Part shown: in pieces, positions 1 to 10,155 of the stretch
Position numbering within the stretch: position 1 is the stretch's first letter
How the letters are laid out: every line of letters starts with the position of its first letter
Assembly (NCBI GenBank): GCA_041586955.1
Contig: JBFGZE010000032.1
Span: 1 to 30,786 of the forward strand
Origin: Bacteriovoracaceae bacterium
Lineage (GTDB): Bacteria > Bdellovibrionota > Bacteriovoracia > Bacteriovoracales > Bacteriovoracaceae
Direction: 5' to 3'
Length of the DNA stretch: 30,786 nucleotides
Notes under the pieces: model-generated
What the model was told of the DNA's origin: nothing
Database searches by the model: none
Seen by the model: the letters and a program-made list of their open reading frames with translations, nothing else
Translations under genes and position numbers: made by a program

Positions 1-1
1 C

Positions 2-949
2 ACTAGAAAAAGTTTTATTATTTTAAAAACTCTTAAAGGCGAATCTTACGTCCCAAGTTATACCTCACCTCTCCGGGCACCGGGCGTCGCTTTAAAAGAA
101 GGTGATGAGATCTTAGGTGTCAATGGCGAAACCTTTGAAGGACCTCATGACCTGGACCGATCTTTGGCCAACCTTCATGGTGAAGAGGTCAATCTCTTCG
201 TTAAACGAAAAGGAAAAAAGGAAGCGGAATGGGTATTCGTCAAAACAATTCAACATGAAAAGCTTTTAGAATATCGTGATTGGATCGAAAAAAATCGTGC
301 GTACGTCCATAAAAAGTCTAAAGGAAAACTCGGCTATGTCCATATCCCCAATATGAGTATATGGGGCTATAGCGAATTTATGCGCCTTTATTTAACGGAA
401 CATAAGCATGATGGCCTAATTGTGGACGTGCGTTTTAATGGAGGCGGTTTTTGCTCTCAATTGATCTTTAAATTCCTGACTCAAAAGGTGGTCGGATTCG
501 ACCAAACCAGATATTGGGGAGCCGATGCCTACCCATCTATGGCAGTGAATGGCCCAATGGTTTGTTTGACCAACCAATATGCCGGTTCTGATGGTGATAT
601 TTTTAGTCATTCATTTAAATTATTTAACCTTGGAAAACTCATAGGCAAAAAAACCTGGGGTGGTGTCATTGGTATGTGGCCACGCCATCGCCTGATTGAT
701 AATTCCATGACTAGTCAGCCGGAATTTTCCTTTTGGTTTAAGGATGTCGGTTGGGGGGTTGAGAATTATGGAACCGATCCAGATATCGATGTGGAAATTA
801 CACCAGATGATTTCGCCAAAAACTTAGACCCGCAGTTAGACCAAGGGATTATTGAAGGCTTAAAAGCGATAAAAAAGAATCCACCGCTCAGGCCCAACCT
901 AAAAAAGGATAGGCCAAACCTGAAGGCCCCTAAATTGCCGAAGCATTAA
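2..949 (+). CDS. Tricorn-type S41 family protease, C-terminal part (PDZ + catalytic domain); 5' truncated by window edge
   Basis: Frame is open from base 2 (TRKSFIILKTLKG...SPLRAPGVALKEGDEILGVNG, PDZ-like), so the 164 start is not the true start. S41/tricorn motifs: GYVHIPNM, DVRFNGGG, NQYAGSDGDIF (catalytic Ser), GKKTWGGVIG, VENYGTDPDIDV, DPQL. Confidence 0.92.
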   Translation, partial: TRKSFIILKTLKGESYVPSYTSPLRAPGVALKEGDEILGVNGETFEGPHDLDRSLANLHGEEVNLFVKRKGKKEAEWVFVKTIQHEKLLEYRDWIEKNRAYVHKKSKGKLGYVHIPNMSIWGYSEFMRLYLTEHKHDGLIVDVRFNGGGFCSQLIFKFLTQKVVGFDQTRYWGADAYPSMAVNGPMVCLTNQYAGSDGDIFSHSFKLFNLGKLIGKKTWGGVIGMWPRHRLIDNSMTSQPEFSFWFKDVGWGVENYGTDPDIDVEITPDDFAKNLDPQLDQGIIEGLKAIKKNPPLRPNLKKDRPNLKAPKLPKH

Positions 950-1149
950 ATAAAAAACTCACTAAAAAACGTATGATTTAAAATACATACAAAAGTTTTA
1001 GTAAGGTACTGTCAACCAGAAGCTCTTTAGCAAAGATTCAGATGAGGATGAGTTTATCATTCATGACAATCTCTAGGCACTTTATTTCAAAATAAGCTCA
1101 TTTTCCGCTCTGATATTTGCATAGAATGGAACGACACAATTAAAGAGAA

Positions 1150-3333
1150 TTATTTCAGATTAAAATGAAAATAGGGCCCATCTGGATGGGAATCAATCTT
1201 TTGTATACTCTCGATATATTCATTACCATCAATCGAAACCCCCTTCTCAAGCTGGGCCTCCAATTCATTTTCAATAACGTCATTAATAAAAGCTTGAGCG
1301 GCATAAGAAGAGAAGGAGTAGATACCACCGACAACAGGCTGAAGCGCCACCAAAATAACATCATCCAAAAAGTCGATGGGATTCACCCCATTTTTTTGTA
1401 ACTTTATTGTCTTGTCAGGTATTTCAAGTCCAATTTTTTTCCCTTCTGCCATATTTTTAAAGATAAAAGGAATCTCCAGGTGCAGGTCATTTTCACTGCC
1501 CGTTAAAAACCATGCCTTAATGCCACCAAAATGATGGCCTTTTTTCAAATTATCAATAACCAATTTATAAGTGCCAATCCCTTGATCGTAAACAACACGA
1601 GGAGGAGTTTTAATATTTACGGTATGCAATGTATCAGATGATTTGCGATTACGACAAAGTCTCGCTCTCGACTTATTAATACACAATTTCATGCCCCCTT
1701 TTTTATGTAGGGCCCTCAAAAAGTCATTGAGCGAAGACAAACGGACTCCGATACCTAAATCGTAATCTTTGGTCGATAAAGTTGGCCCAACTTTCTTTGT
1801 CTCAAGGTTGCCCGAAACGCTCTCGCAAGAGATACAGATGCCAATTCCCATGGTTACAAGATCATTGGCCTGTTGTAAATCAGTGACCCCTAAAATCAGG
1901 GAATTTCGGACCAACTCCTTTTCAATATTTTGATTGAGCTTATCCATAGATCTCTTAATTTGCTGGTGAAGAGGTGCGAGCTTTTTAACTTTAAAGCTTT
2001 TTATATCTGCCAATTTTTCAACATCTTCCGCAAATTTTTTCAAGGTTTTCAAGTCACTCATATTCTTCTTTGACTCAAATATTTTAAGAAATTGGATAAT
2101 TTTATTATAAGGACATATGATCGCCATTTTCCTTAAACAAAGATTCAGTTTGTCGCGATACAATTCCATTTCTTTTTTTATCTTCCCGCCCTCAATGAGA
2201 TCATTTAGGCCCATGATAGAAAGTTTGGTTCGGTATCCTTTATGTAAAAAAGGTAAATTTTGAAGTTTGGGGTTAAGAATATTTCTCGAATGATCAGCAA
2301 TTTTTTTGCCGATTAAATCTGTAAAAATTTTCATGAGGTCGGCAGTAACAGAATCGTCCGCGCGATGGAGATCTCTCGCCATTAAATAGGAAAAAATGGT
2401 AAAACTTCCTTTTACCGCATTTGTTTGTTTCATTCTCCTGTCAAAAACTTCGTTAAAAATCTCAGAGTCTCTTTTTTTTGTTTCCCTTTTAATATATTCC
2501 TCAAGTGTGAGGGTGTTTTTAAATAAAGAACCCTTATATTCTGCTATAATTTTTTCTTTTAATTTCTTTTTTTCTTTCAGGAATCGTTTATCTGCCTCGA
2601 GGACAGTATCTTGGAGGAGATCATTCACAATCTCATTGTTTAGCCTCACCTGCTGGGTTTTAAGATCAATATCAATAAATTGCTCCGGCAGAGTTACAAT
2701 TTCTTTGAGGTCCTTTTCTCCATCTAGAGTAACTTTAAATTGGAAGGAGGGGCACTTTCCCTCGTGGCATTGAAGCCCAAAATTTGTTTGCATCAGCCGC
2801 ATCAGACTTTTCATATGCTTAGCTTTTTTTCTGCCTCGATCTACAACTTCAAAAGCATGAAAGTCACTGATCATATCCAACTTTTGGATGGGGACTCTAA
2901 TATCGCATTTCCCCTTTACGCATTGAACTTCAATAGCTCCCAGTTGAATATCCTTTATTTTATTATTAACAAGCTCAAATTGAGTTGGTAAAGGAAGTAA
3001 GGCCTCACTCCATTGACTTCCTTCGTCTTTAAAAAACTTGGGTAGACCCGGGCATTCGGTCCATAATTCTTTTATCGTTTTATTTTTTCGATAAGACTTC
3101 CTAGCGCATTCTGCTTTTTTAAGGCCACCTCGAAGATCCCTTAAGGGCATGGATAAAAGCCGATCTTTAAGGTTCTGACTGCCACTATTTAAGGATTGAG
3201 TTATTATTTTCTCTAGCCCCCGATCTGTGACATCGGCCCGCGCCGCAGGCCCACTCTGGGGAGTACAAGTTTTGGCATCAAGAGAACTTGAAGATAACAA
3301 CCAAAAAGTAAGGATAAAAGGCCAAATTCTCAT
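1150..3333 (-). CDS. Secreted Cys-containing hypothetical protein (~727 aa), possible LBP/BPI (TULIP)-like lipid-binding fold
   Basis: Long ORF. ATG at 3333 gives a Sec signal peptide (MRIWPFILTFWLLSSSSLDA|K). Segments resembling LBP/BPI occur in colinear order (see findings). The ORF is confident; the function is tentative. Confidence 0.85.
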   Translation of the reverse strand: MRIWPFILTFWLLSSSSLDAKTCTPQSGPAARADVTDRGLEKIITQSLNSGSQNLKDRLLSMPLRDLRGGLKKAECARKSYRKNKTIKELWTECPGLPKFFKDEGSQWSEALLPLPTQFELVNNKIKDIQLGAIEVQCVKGKCDIRVPIQKLDMISDFHAFEVVDRGRKKAKHMKSLMRLMQTNFGLQCHEGKCPSFQFKVTLDGEKDLKEIVTLPEQFIDIDLKTQQVRLNNEIVNDLLQDTVLEADKRFLKEKKKLKEKIIAEYKGSLFKNTLTLEEYIKRETKKRDSEIFNEVFDRRMKQTNAVKGSFTIFSYLMARDLHRADDSVTADLMKIFTDLIGKKIADHSRNILNPKLQNLPFLHKGYRTKLSIMGLNDLIEGGKIKKEMELYRDKLNLCLRKMAIICPYNKIIQFLKIFESKKNMSDLKTLKKFAEDVEKLADIKSFKVKKLAPLHQQIKRSMDKLNQNIEKELVRNSLILGVTDLQQANDLVTMGIGICISCESVSGNLETKKVGPTLSTKDYDLGIGVRLSSLNDFLRALHKKGGMKLCINKSRARLCRNRKSSDTLHTVNIKTPPRVVYDQGIGTYKLVIDNLKKGHHFGGIKAWFLTGSENDLHLEIPFIFKNMAEGKKIGLEIPDKTIKLQKNGVNPIDFLDDVILVALQPVVGGIYSFSSYAAQAFINDVIENELEAQLEKGVSIDGNEYIESIQKIDSHPDGPYFHFNLK

Positions 3334-3339
3334 ACTATC

Positions 3340-3366
3340 TTTTCGGCCAATTACCTGAAAAATGAA
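3340..3366 (-). promoter_or_regulatory. Putative sigma-28/FliA-type promoter (TTCA-N15-GCCGAAAA)
   Basis: GCCGAAAA ends 6 nt before ATG 3333; no Shine-Dalgarno; weak -35 match to TAAA-N15-GCCGATAA. Confidence 0.4.
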
Positions 3367-3534
3367 GTCCATATAGGACAAAACTAAATAAAAAGCAGTT
3401 AAGATATCTTAGTTGGCCAAGTTCCCTGGCCTCGAGGAGATTCACATAAGTACTTGAAAGTTAGAAATTGGTAACCAAAAAAGGAAAGTTTTTAGTATGG
3501 TGCTCTCATTACAATACCTTATGAGATTGACGAA

Positions 3535-3561
3535 ATAAGGGCCTCCAGCAGAGGCCCTTAT
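3535..3561 (-). terminator. Intrinsic terminator downstream of acnA
   Basis: Perfect 11-bp stem ATAAGGGCCTC/GAGGCCCTTAT with a 5-nt loop, 5 nt after the acnA stop, ending in UUAUUU on the minus strand. Confidence 0.85.
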
Positions 3562-3566
3562 ATAAG

Positions 3567-6230
3567 CTATTGCATATTTCTTAAAACGTATTGAAGAATG
3601 CCACCATTTTTGAAGTAATTGAGCTCATCAATAGTGTCGAGACGACAATCAACTTTCAATGTTTCAGACTTTCCATCTTCATATTGAATCGTCATTTCAA
3701 ATTCCATTCCAGGAGCTAGATCACCACACGCTTTTAGACTAATAATTTCATGTCCAGTCAGCTTTAAAGTTGTACGATTAATGCCGGCCTTAAACTGAAG
3801 TGGAAGAACACCCATACCAACAAGGTTAGAACGGTGAATTCTCTCGAAGGACTCAACGATAACAGCTTTAACACCTTGAAGGAAAGTTCCTTTCGCCGCC
3901 CAGTCACGAGAGGAGCCTGTGCCGTATTCTTTACCACCAATAACAACTAATTCACGACCTTCTTCTTTATACTTCATGGCCGCATCAAAAATCGCCATTT
4001 GCTCGCCACTTGGAATATGTTTAGTGATACCACCTTCAACACCAGGAACAAGTTCATTGCGGATACGAATATTAGCAAATGTCCCACGCATCATCACTTC
4101 ATGATTACCACGGCGTGAACCATAAGAATTGAAATCCTGAGGCTTCACTCCATTACTGGTTAAGTATCTCTCTGCAGGAGAATCTTTGGCGATACTACCG
4201 GCAGGAGAAATATGGTCAGTTGTTACCGAGTCACCAAGAAGAGCGAGAATATGGGCTTCTTTGACTTCATAATTATTAATCACACCTTCTTTAATATTTT
4301 CAAAGAAAGTTGGATTTTGAATATAAGTTGATTTTGCATCCCAAGAGAACATCTCACCAGTAGGAGCATCAACATCTTGCCATTTTGAGTCGCCATCAAA
4401 AACATTGCTATAGCGTTTCTTATACATTTCGCTAGAAATATGTTTATGAACAACTTCCTCAATCTCTGCATTACTTGGCCAAATATCTTTAAGAAAGACA
4501 TCATTCCCTTCTCTGTCCTGACCAAGAGCTTCTGTCGCAATATTCATCGTCATATTCCCAGCAAGTGCATAGGCCACCACAAGTGGCGGAGACGCTAAAT
4601 AATTGGCCTTAACGTCCGGAGAAATACGACCTTCAAAGTTTCTATTTCCAGAAAGAACAGATGTCGCCAATAAGTCATTTTCATTAATACATTTTGAAAT
4701 AGGAGCAGGAAGAGGCCCTGTATTCCCAATACAGGTGGTACAACCATAACCAACAAGGTTAAACCCAAGGGCATCAAGATGAGGCTGAAGGCCAGACTCT
4801 ACTAAATAATCAGTCACAACTTTTGAACCTGGGGCCAAAGATGTTTTTACCCATGGTTTGACTTGCATTCCTTTTTCATGGGCCTTTTTCGCAACAAGGC
4901 CAGCGGCAACAAGGACAGAGGGGTTAGAGGTGTTGGTACAAGAAGTAATTGCCGCCACAACAACATTACCATTTTTCATGGCGTATTCTTGACCTTCAAC
5001 GGCGTATTCTTTGGTGAGAGCATCAGCACCATATTTAAAGATGCTAGTAGTTGCTGCTTCAAACGCAGAATCCGCATCTTTTAATAATATCTTATCTTGA
5101 GGTCTTTTGGGGCCAGAGATACAAGGTTCAACTGTTGAAAGATCCAGCTCTACTGAAGAGGTAAATTCTGGATCATCATCCTCTTTATTAAACCATAGTC
5201 CCTGCTCTTTAGCGTAGGTTTCAACTAAAGCGATAGTATCATCATCACGGCCAGAGAGTTTTAAATAATCAATAGTCTTTTCGTCAATTGGGAAAAAGCC
5301 ACAAGTGGCACCGTACTCAGGGGCCATATTAGCAAGAGTCGCACGGTCAGCAAGAGACAGGTCCGCCAACCCCGGGCCATAAAATTCAACAAATTTACCA
5401 ACAACACCATGCTCTCTTAGCTTTTGAACAACATTGAGAACAAGATCCGTCGCCGTCATCCCCTCTTTCAATTGACCGATTAATTTAAAACCGACAACTT
5501 CAGGAATAAGCATGGTAACGGGTTGACCTAGCATCGCTGCTTCAGCTTCAATCCCACCAACACCCCAACCAAGTACAGATAGGCCATTAATCATGGTGGT
5601 ATGAGAATCTGTTCCAACACAAGTATCAGGGTAAGCGATCATTTCGCCAGTACTATCATTAGTCCAAACAACTTTTGCTAAATACTCAAGATTCACTTGG
5701 TGAATAATTCCAGCGCCAGGAGGAACAACGCGAAAGTTTTTAAATGCCTTTTGCCCCCATTTAAGAAATGTATAGCGCTCCATATTTCTTTCATATTCAA
5801 TTTCAACGTTTTTTTCAAAGGCCTCTTCTGTTCCAAAATGCTCAACCTGAACAGAGTGGTCAATGACCAAGTCGACGGGAGTCAAAGGATTAATTTTCTC
5901 AGGGTTACCACCAAGAGTGACCATCGCCTCTCTCATTGCCGCTAAATCAACAACCGCGGGAACACCTGTAAAGTCCTGCATAACAACGCGAGCGGGGTGA
6001 TAGGCAATTTCACGACTTGATTTTTTTTCTTTCAACCAATCGTTAACCGCTTGGGCATCTTCCCAAACGACACTCGTGCCGTTTTCATTGCGGAGTAAAT
6101 TCTCTAAAAGAACTTTTAAACTTTTTGGTAAACGATCGATATCGCCAAGACCTTTGGCCTTCGCTGCTTTAAGACTATAAATAGAATAATCTTTGCCCCC
6201 TGCCACCAGGGTTGTCTTAACTTGACTCAT
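3567..6230 (-). CDS. acnA: Aconitate hydratase A
   Basis: [66 protein letters not shown] motifs. ATG 6230 is preceded by a GAGG RBS. Confidence 0.98.
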   Translation of the reverse strand: MSQVKTTLVAGGKDYSIYSLKAAKAKGLGDIDRLPKSLKVLLENLLRNENGTSVVWEDAQAVNDWLKEKKSSREIAYHPARVVMQDFTGVPAVVDLAAMREAMVTLGGNPEKINPLTPVDLVIDHSVQVEHFGTEEAFEKNVEIEYERNMERYTFLKWGQKAFKNFRVVPPGAGIIHQVNLEYLAKVVWTNDSTGEMIAYPDTCVGTDSHTTMINGLSVLGWGVGGIEAEAAMLGQPVTMLIPEVVGFKLIGQLKEGMTATDLVLNVVQKLREHGVVGKFVEFYGPGLADLSLADRATLANMAPEYGATCGFFPIDEKTIDYLKLSGRDDDTIALVETYAKEQGLWFNKEDDDPEFTSSVELDLSTVEPCISGPKRPQDKILLKDADSAFEAATTSIFKYGADALTKEYAVEGQEYAMKNGNVVVAAITSCTNTSNPSVLVAAGLVAKKAHEKGMQVKPWVKTSLAPGSKVVTDYLVESGLQPHLDALGFNLVGYGCTTCIGNTGPLPAPISKCINENDLLATSVLSGNRNFEGRISPDVKANYLASPPLVVAYALAGNMTMNIATEALGQDREGNDVFLKDIWPSNAEIEEVVHKHISSEMYKKRYSNVFDGDSKWQDVDAPTGEMFSWDAKSTYIQNPTFFENIKEGVINNYEVKEAHILALLGDSVTTDHISPAGSIAKDSPAERYLTSNGVKPQDFNSYGSRRGNHEVMMRGTFANIRIRNELVPGVEGGITKHIPSGEQMAIFDAAMKYKEEGRELVVIGGKEYGTGSSRDWAAKGTFLQGVKAVIVESFERIHRSNLVGMGVLPLQFKAGINRTTLKLTGHEIISLKACGDLAPGMEFEMTIQYEDGKSETLKVDCRLDTIDELNYFKNGGILQYVLRNMQ

Positions 6231-6313
6231 TGCGCACCTCATCTGCTATAAACATTGCTAATCGCCCACGATTATAGTCGATTTGAGCTTAAACGTCATG
6301 ATCAAAAATTAAT

Positions 6314-6988
6314 TTAAGGGTTGATCCGATCGGGCAAAAGACTCCACTTGCCGCCGCCTTCTGAGCGGATCATAAAGCCAAAAGGATGAAGCTTACGACG
6401 CAGGTTATAAATATGGACATCAATGGTCTTAGGGTCAACGACAGTATTACCCCAAATGCGTTGAAGAATGGAATTTCTCTCGACCACGCGAGTCTCCTCC
6501 TCTAAAAAGAGGTTCACCAACTTTATTTGTTTGGCCGTCAGGTTCTTCACCTCAACACCATCAATCACCACAATGGGCCTAATACTTTTAGATATAAAAT
6601 TACGGTCTCTTAAAATATATTCAATTTTTACTAAGAGCTCATTTTTTTTAAATGGCTTAGTGATATAATCATTGGCACCCTCTTTAAAGCAAGCGCGCAA
6701 AGCTTCAATATCATCATTGGAAGAAACCACAATAAAAGGAATCTTTGCCAGAAACTCCTTGGACTCATCAGAGTTGAGGAAGTTAAGAAAATTACCGTCG
6801 GCCAAGGTTAAGTCTGCGATTACAAAAACAGGCTTTTTCTTTAATATGTCTTTTAGTGATTCAGAAAAATTTTGAATACGGTCAAAGAAAACAGGTTCGA
6901 AGTCGTTTTTAAGTATTTCAGCGTAAACGAATCGACATCCTTCATCATCTTCAAGTATCCAAACAACAGGTTTCTTTGATTTCGCCAT
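6314..6988 (-). CDS. OmpR/PhoB-family DNA-binding response regulator
   Basis: Receiver motifs ILEDD, VIAD (phospho-Asp), VVSS, GANDYITKPF. Winged helix IWG...KTIDVHIYNLRRKL. ATG 6988 preceded by GAGGGA. Confidence 0.92.
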   Translation of the reverse strand: MAKSKKPVVWILEDDEGCRFVYAEILKNDFEPVFFDRIQNFSESLKDILKKKPVFVIADLTLADGNFLNFLNSDESKEFLAKIPFIVVSSNDDIEALRACFKEGANDYITKPFKKNELLVKIEYILRDRNFISKSIRPIVVIDGVEVKNLTAKQIKLVNLFLEEETRVVERNSILQRIWGNTVVDPKTIDVHIYNLRRKLHPFGFMIRSEGGGKWSLLPDRINP

Positions 6989-7005
6989 TCTATTCCCTCT
7001 AGCTC

Positions 7006-7710
7006 TTATGAAATGGTAAAGCAACCTCGAATAGAATTCAATCCATCTTTGTGTTCGACCTCTAATTGACCAACATCTTGCCCCATAAGATTTCTCATAA
7101 TCTGTAAACCGAGGAATTTTCTCCAGAAACCTTTATCCGGTGCAATTTCTAACATCTCTTTTTCAAAGAAAGAATAATCCAACGTCTTGCCATTAAATTG
7201 AATGGTGATTTCTAATCGACCATCTTCACAGATCTCTCCAGCAACAGTGACTTTCAAGGATTTCTCTAACAATTCTTCATGGTGAAGATTTTGCTCAGCT
7301 ATAATTGAGAAAAGACTATAAACGATATGCATTAACTCAACGGCATGGGACTTAAATGACAAACCTTTCAAAGAATGATCCCAGTCAAATTCGAGTTTAT
7401 TAAAATCCCGACTAAAGTGATTCGCCAATAAGCATTTAGAATGCTGACAAATTTCATAAAGGGTATATTCTTGCCCAGGATTAAAAGAAAGCTTTAAATA
7501 ATCACGATAGTTTTGGACAACATCACCTAAACGCTTGGTTCCATCCTTTAGGTTCTCTAAATAGCGTCGCCCCTTGGGATTAATATGATCGTCCAACTCA
7601 TCAATGCAAAACTGCAGGACATGCAATTGAGCGCTGATATCGTGGGCGACAACGCGCGACGTATCAACAAGACCTTGGTAATGTTTATGCCCGTCTAAGA
7701 TAGGTGTCAT
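7006..7710 (-). CDS. Sensor-less histidine-kinase-like protein (DHp + degenerate HATPase); putative phosphotransferase
   Basis: H-box SRVVAHDISAQL near the N-terminus. N-box Asn and G1 DxG are missing; FLGLQIMRNLM is a G2 remnant. GAGGAG RBS upstream. Confidence 0.75.
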   Translation of the reverse strand: MTPILDGHKHYQGLVDTSRVVAHDISAQLHVLQFCIDELDDHINPKGRRYLENLKDGTKRLGDVVQNYRDYLKLSFNPGQEYTLYEICQHSKCLLANHFSRDFNKLEFDWDHSLKGLSFKSHAVELMHIVYSLFSIIAEQNLHHEELLEKSLKVTVAGEICEDGRLEITIQFNGKTLDYSFFEKEMLEIAPDKGFWRKFLGLQIMRNLMGQDVGQLEVEHKDGLNSIRGCFTIS

Positions 7711-7806
7711 CAATTTCTCCTCGCTACACTTTAAAATAAATAAAAAGCCTTGAGCTGTATATAAAAAAATTTGATTATTAGGGAAAAATTAACTATTGAT
7801 GCCTAG

Positions 7807-8541
7807 ATGACAAAAGATAGAATATTCCATACTAAGCAAAGCACTATCCGCCCCTTTGAGTTCAATACGGAAGTCGCCAATGTTTTTGACGACATGGTGA
7901 GTCGTTCCATTCCTTTTTACCATGAAATTCACCGTCTCATTCTCGACCTTGTGGGACGCACCGAGCTGCCAACTGGACCCATTTGGGATTTAGGCTGCTC
8001 AACAGGTACTACCATATATACCCTTGATCAATTTTTCAAAAATTTTCCGGAAAAGCGCCGACCAATGATTGGCGTGGACTCCTCTAACCCCATGTTAGAG
8101 AAGGCCCAGGAAAAACTCCAAGGCCACCAGGTTGAAAATTACCAATTAAAATGCGCTGATATTAACGACCTTCAACTCTCAGAGTCCTCAGTTATTATCA
8201 TGAATTATACGCTCCAATTTCTTACGCCGGAAGGTCGTGAGAACTTACTCCAACGTATCTATAATTCATTAAAACCAGGTGGTATTTTTTTTCTAGCAGA
8301 AAAAATTACTACCGATAATAACCACTTCCAAGAATTATTCACTGACCTGTATTATGACTTTAAAAGGCGTAATGGCTATTCAGAAATGGAAATTTCCCAA
8401 AAGCGCGAGGCGCTTGAAAACGTTCTTATTCCCAACTCGCCAAAAGAGCTCTTCGACAAGCTTAAAGAAGCTGGTTTTGACAATACAGAAATGGTGTTTC
8501 GATTCTATAATTTTGCTTGCTTTATGGGAGTTAAAAATTGA
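7807..8541 (+). CDS. cmoA: Carboxy-S-adenosyl-L-methionine synthase
   Basis: FEFNTEVANVFDDMVSRSIPFY, DLGCSTG, NYTLQFL, FKRRNGYSEMEISQKREALENVL. Adjacent to cmoB. Confidence 0.96.
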   Translation: MTKDRIFHTKQSTIRPFEFNTEVANVFDDMVSRSIPFYHEIHRLILDLVGRTELPTGPIWDLGCSTGTTIYTLDQFFKNFPEKRRPMIGVDSSNPMLEKAQEKLQGHQVENYQLKCADINDLQLSESSVIIMNYTLQFLTPEGRENLLQRIYNSLKPGGIFFLAEKITTDNNHFQELFTDLYYDFKRRNGYSEMEISQKREALENVLIPNSPKELFDKLKEAGFDNTEMVFRFYNFACFMGVKN

Positions 8542-9503
8542 GTGATCATTACCTTAATGCTTACCAAGAATCGATTGACCTTGATATTTTAAAAAATTTA
8601 TCAAAAGAAAGAGAAAGTTGGTGGCAACTCCCACCTTATCTCCCATTAAAAAAGGCCATCGACCTCTTAAAAAAACTCCCCCCCGCCCAAAACGTCGACC
8701 TTAATAGACCTGCACCTCTTCTTGGAAAGGCGGAGGAGTTAAATGACCAACAAAAGAAATTACTTCTTCATATTGCAAAAGAGTTGATCCCTTGGAAAAA
8801 AGGACCTTTTGAAATATTTGATCAATATATAGATGCTGAATGGCGATCGGATCTTAAATGGGAGCGCTTATTCCCCTTTCTGCCGGCCCTTGAAGGTAAA
8901 AAGATTATAGATATTGGCTGCAATAACGGCTATTTCATGCTTAAAATGGCGCCACAAAACCCTAAACTCCTTTTGGGTATTGACCCTGTTATTCCCTGTC
9001 TTGCTCAGTTTCAATTTCTTCAGCACTTTGCTCAACTTCCCCAGATGCACTTGGAACTATGGGGGGTCGAACATTTATCTCACTTTAGAGATTTTTTTGA
9101 TGTCATCTTTCATATGGGTATCATATATCACCACCGCCATCCGATAGCACAAATGGAAGATATTAAAAAATCCCTCACCAAAGGGGGAGTCGCTTTCATT
9201 GAAACGATCGGCATCCCAGGTGATAATTCAATTGCACTTTTTCCAGAAGACCGTTACGCAAAAATGCGAAATATTTGGTTTGTTCCCACTCTCCCTTGCC
9301 TTATTAATTGGGCCAAGAAAGCGAAATTTAAAGAAATTGATATTGTCTCAGATACGAAACTCACCAATGAAGAGCAGCGAACAACTGCGTGGTGTCGAGC
9401 TGGAGCTCCTAGCCTAGAAGATTTTCTCAATCCAAATGATCCGAGTGAAACAATTGAAGGTCACCCCGCTCCTCGTCGTTTCTGCATTCGAGTTAAGAAA
9501 TAA
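8538..9503 (+). CDS. cmoB: tRNA U34 carboxymethyltransferase
   Basis: PWKKGPF, IDAEWRSDLKW, DIGCNNGY, GIIYHHRHP, RYAKMRNIWFVP, TIEGHPAPRR. TTG start overlaps the cmoA TGA. Confidence 0.96.
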   Translation: MSDHYLNAYQESIDLDILKNLSKERESWWQLPPYLPLKKAIDLLKKLPPAQNVDLNRPAPLLGKAEELNDQQKKLLLHIAKELIPWKKGPFEIFDQYIDAEWRSDLKWERLFPFLPALEGKKIIDIGCNNGYFMLKMAPQNPKLLLGIDPVIPCLAQFQFLQHFAQLPQMHLELWGVEHLSHFRDFFDVIFHMGIIYHHRHPIAQMEDIKKSLTKGGVAFIETIGIPGDNSIALFPEDRYAKMRNIWFVPTLPCLINWAKKAKFKEIDIVSDTKLTNEEQRTTAWCRAGAPSLEDFLNPNDPSETIEGHPAPRRFCIRVKK

Positions 9504-10155
9504 CCATCTTTTTTCCTTCATAAAAAGCATAGGCCCTGCCAAAAAAAGTGGTCTGTGCACCATCAATCACCATTCCATGATAATCTGGTAGTGCATAAAT
9601 AGGAGTCTTCACTTTAAGCGATTCCTCTTTTAAGACGTTGTCGTAGCGGCTTGAATTCCTATAATGAGGGAAAAATTCAAATTTCAATAAATTAAGAGCG
9701 CGAAAATTGCGAATATTATCTTCATTCTCATCACAATCAAAATGAGGATAACCAGCGGAGCGAATGGTGGGACACATAAGAATGGCACCAGCACTTAGAC
9801 CTGATAATACGCCACCTCTTTCAACAAATTTTTTAAGAAGTGGTAAAAATCCATTTCGGCGAAGGTGCTTTAAGAAATAGTAAGTATTACCACCACTTAA
9901 AAAAATAATATCATTATTGAAGGCCTCACGGATAAGGACGTTACCTGCCGGGCGATCAATTGGTAAATAAATAAATTGATAAATATTTAAAGGACTAAAA
10001 CTTGATACATAATCAAGGAAGTCTCTTTCTGAGTCGTATGAGCAAGCAGGGATATAGGTAATTCTCGGTTTTTTTTTACCTGTTAACTTCACCGCCTCAC
10101 GGTGTAAATGAAGATTTTCTACTTCATGCCCACCACTATAAAGGACGATCTTCAC
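9493..10155 (-). CDS. Peptidase E / S51 family (class I glutamine amidotransferase-like) hydrolase
   Basis: ITYIP, IFLSGGNTYYFL, GLSAGA (Ser nucleophile), FFPHY. GTG start overlaps the upstream TGA. Confidence 0.88.
   Translation of the reverse strand: MKIVLYSGGHEVENLHLHREAVKLTGKKKPRITYIPACSYDSERDFLDYVSSFSPLNIYQFIYLPIDRPAGNVLIREAFNNDIIFLSGGNTYYFLKHLRRNGFLPLLKKFVERGGVLSGLSAGAILMCPTIRSAGYPHFDCDENEDNIRNFRALNLLKFEFFPHYRNSSRYDNVLKEESLKVKTPIYALPDYHGMVIDGAQTTFFGRAYAFYEGKKMVIS

Noticed and set aside
961..1002. Imperfect AT-rich hairpin after the protease stop
   Set aside because: Weak, bulged stem; may aid termination but is too poor to call. No ORF found in 950-1149.
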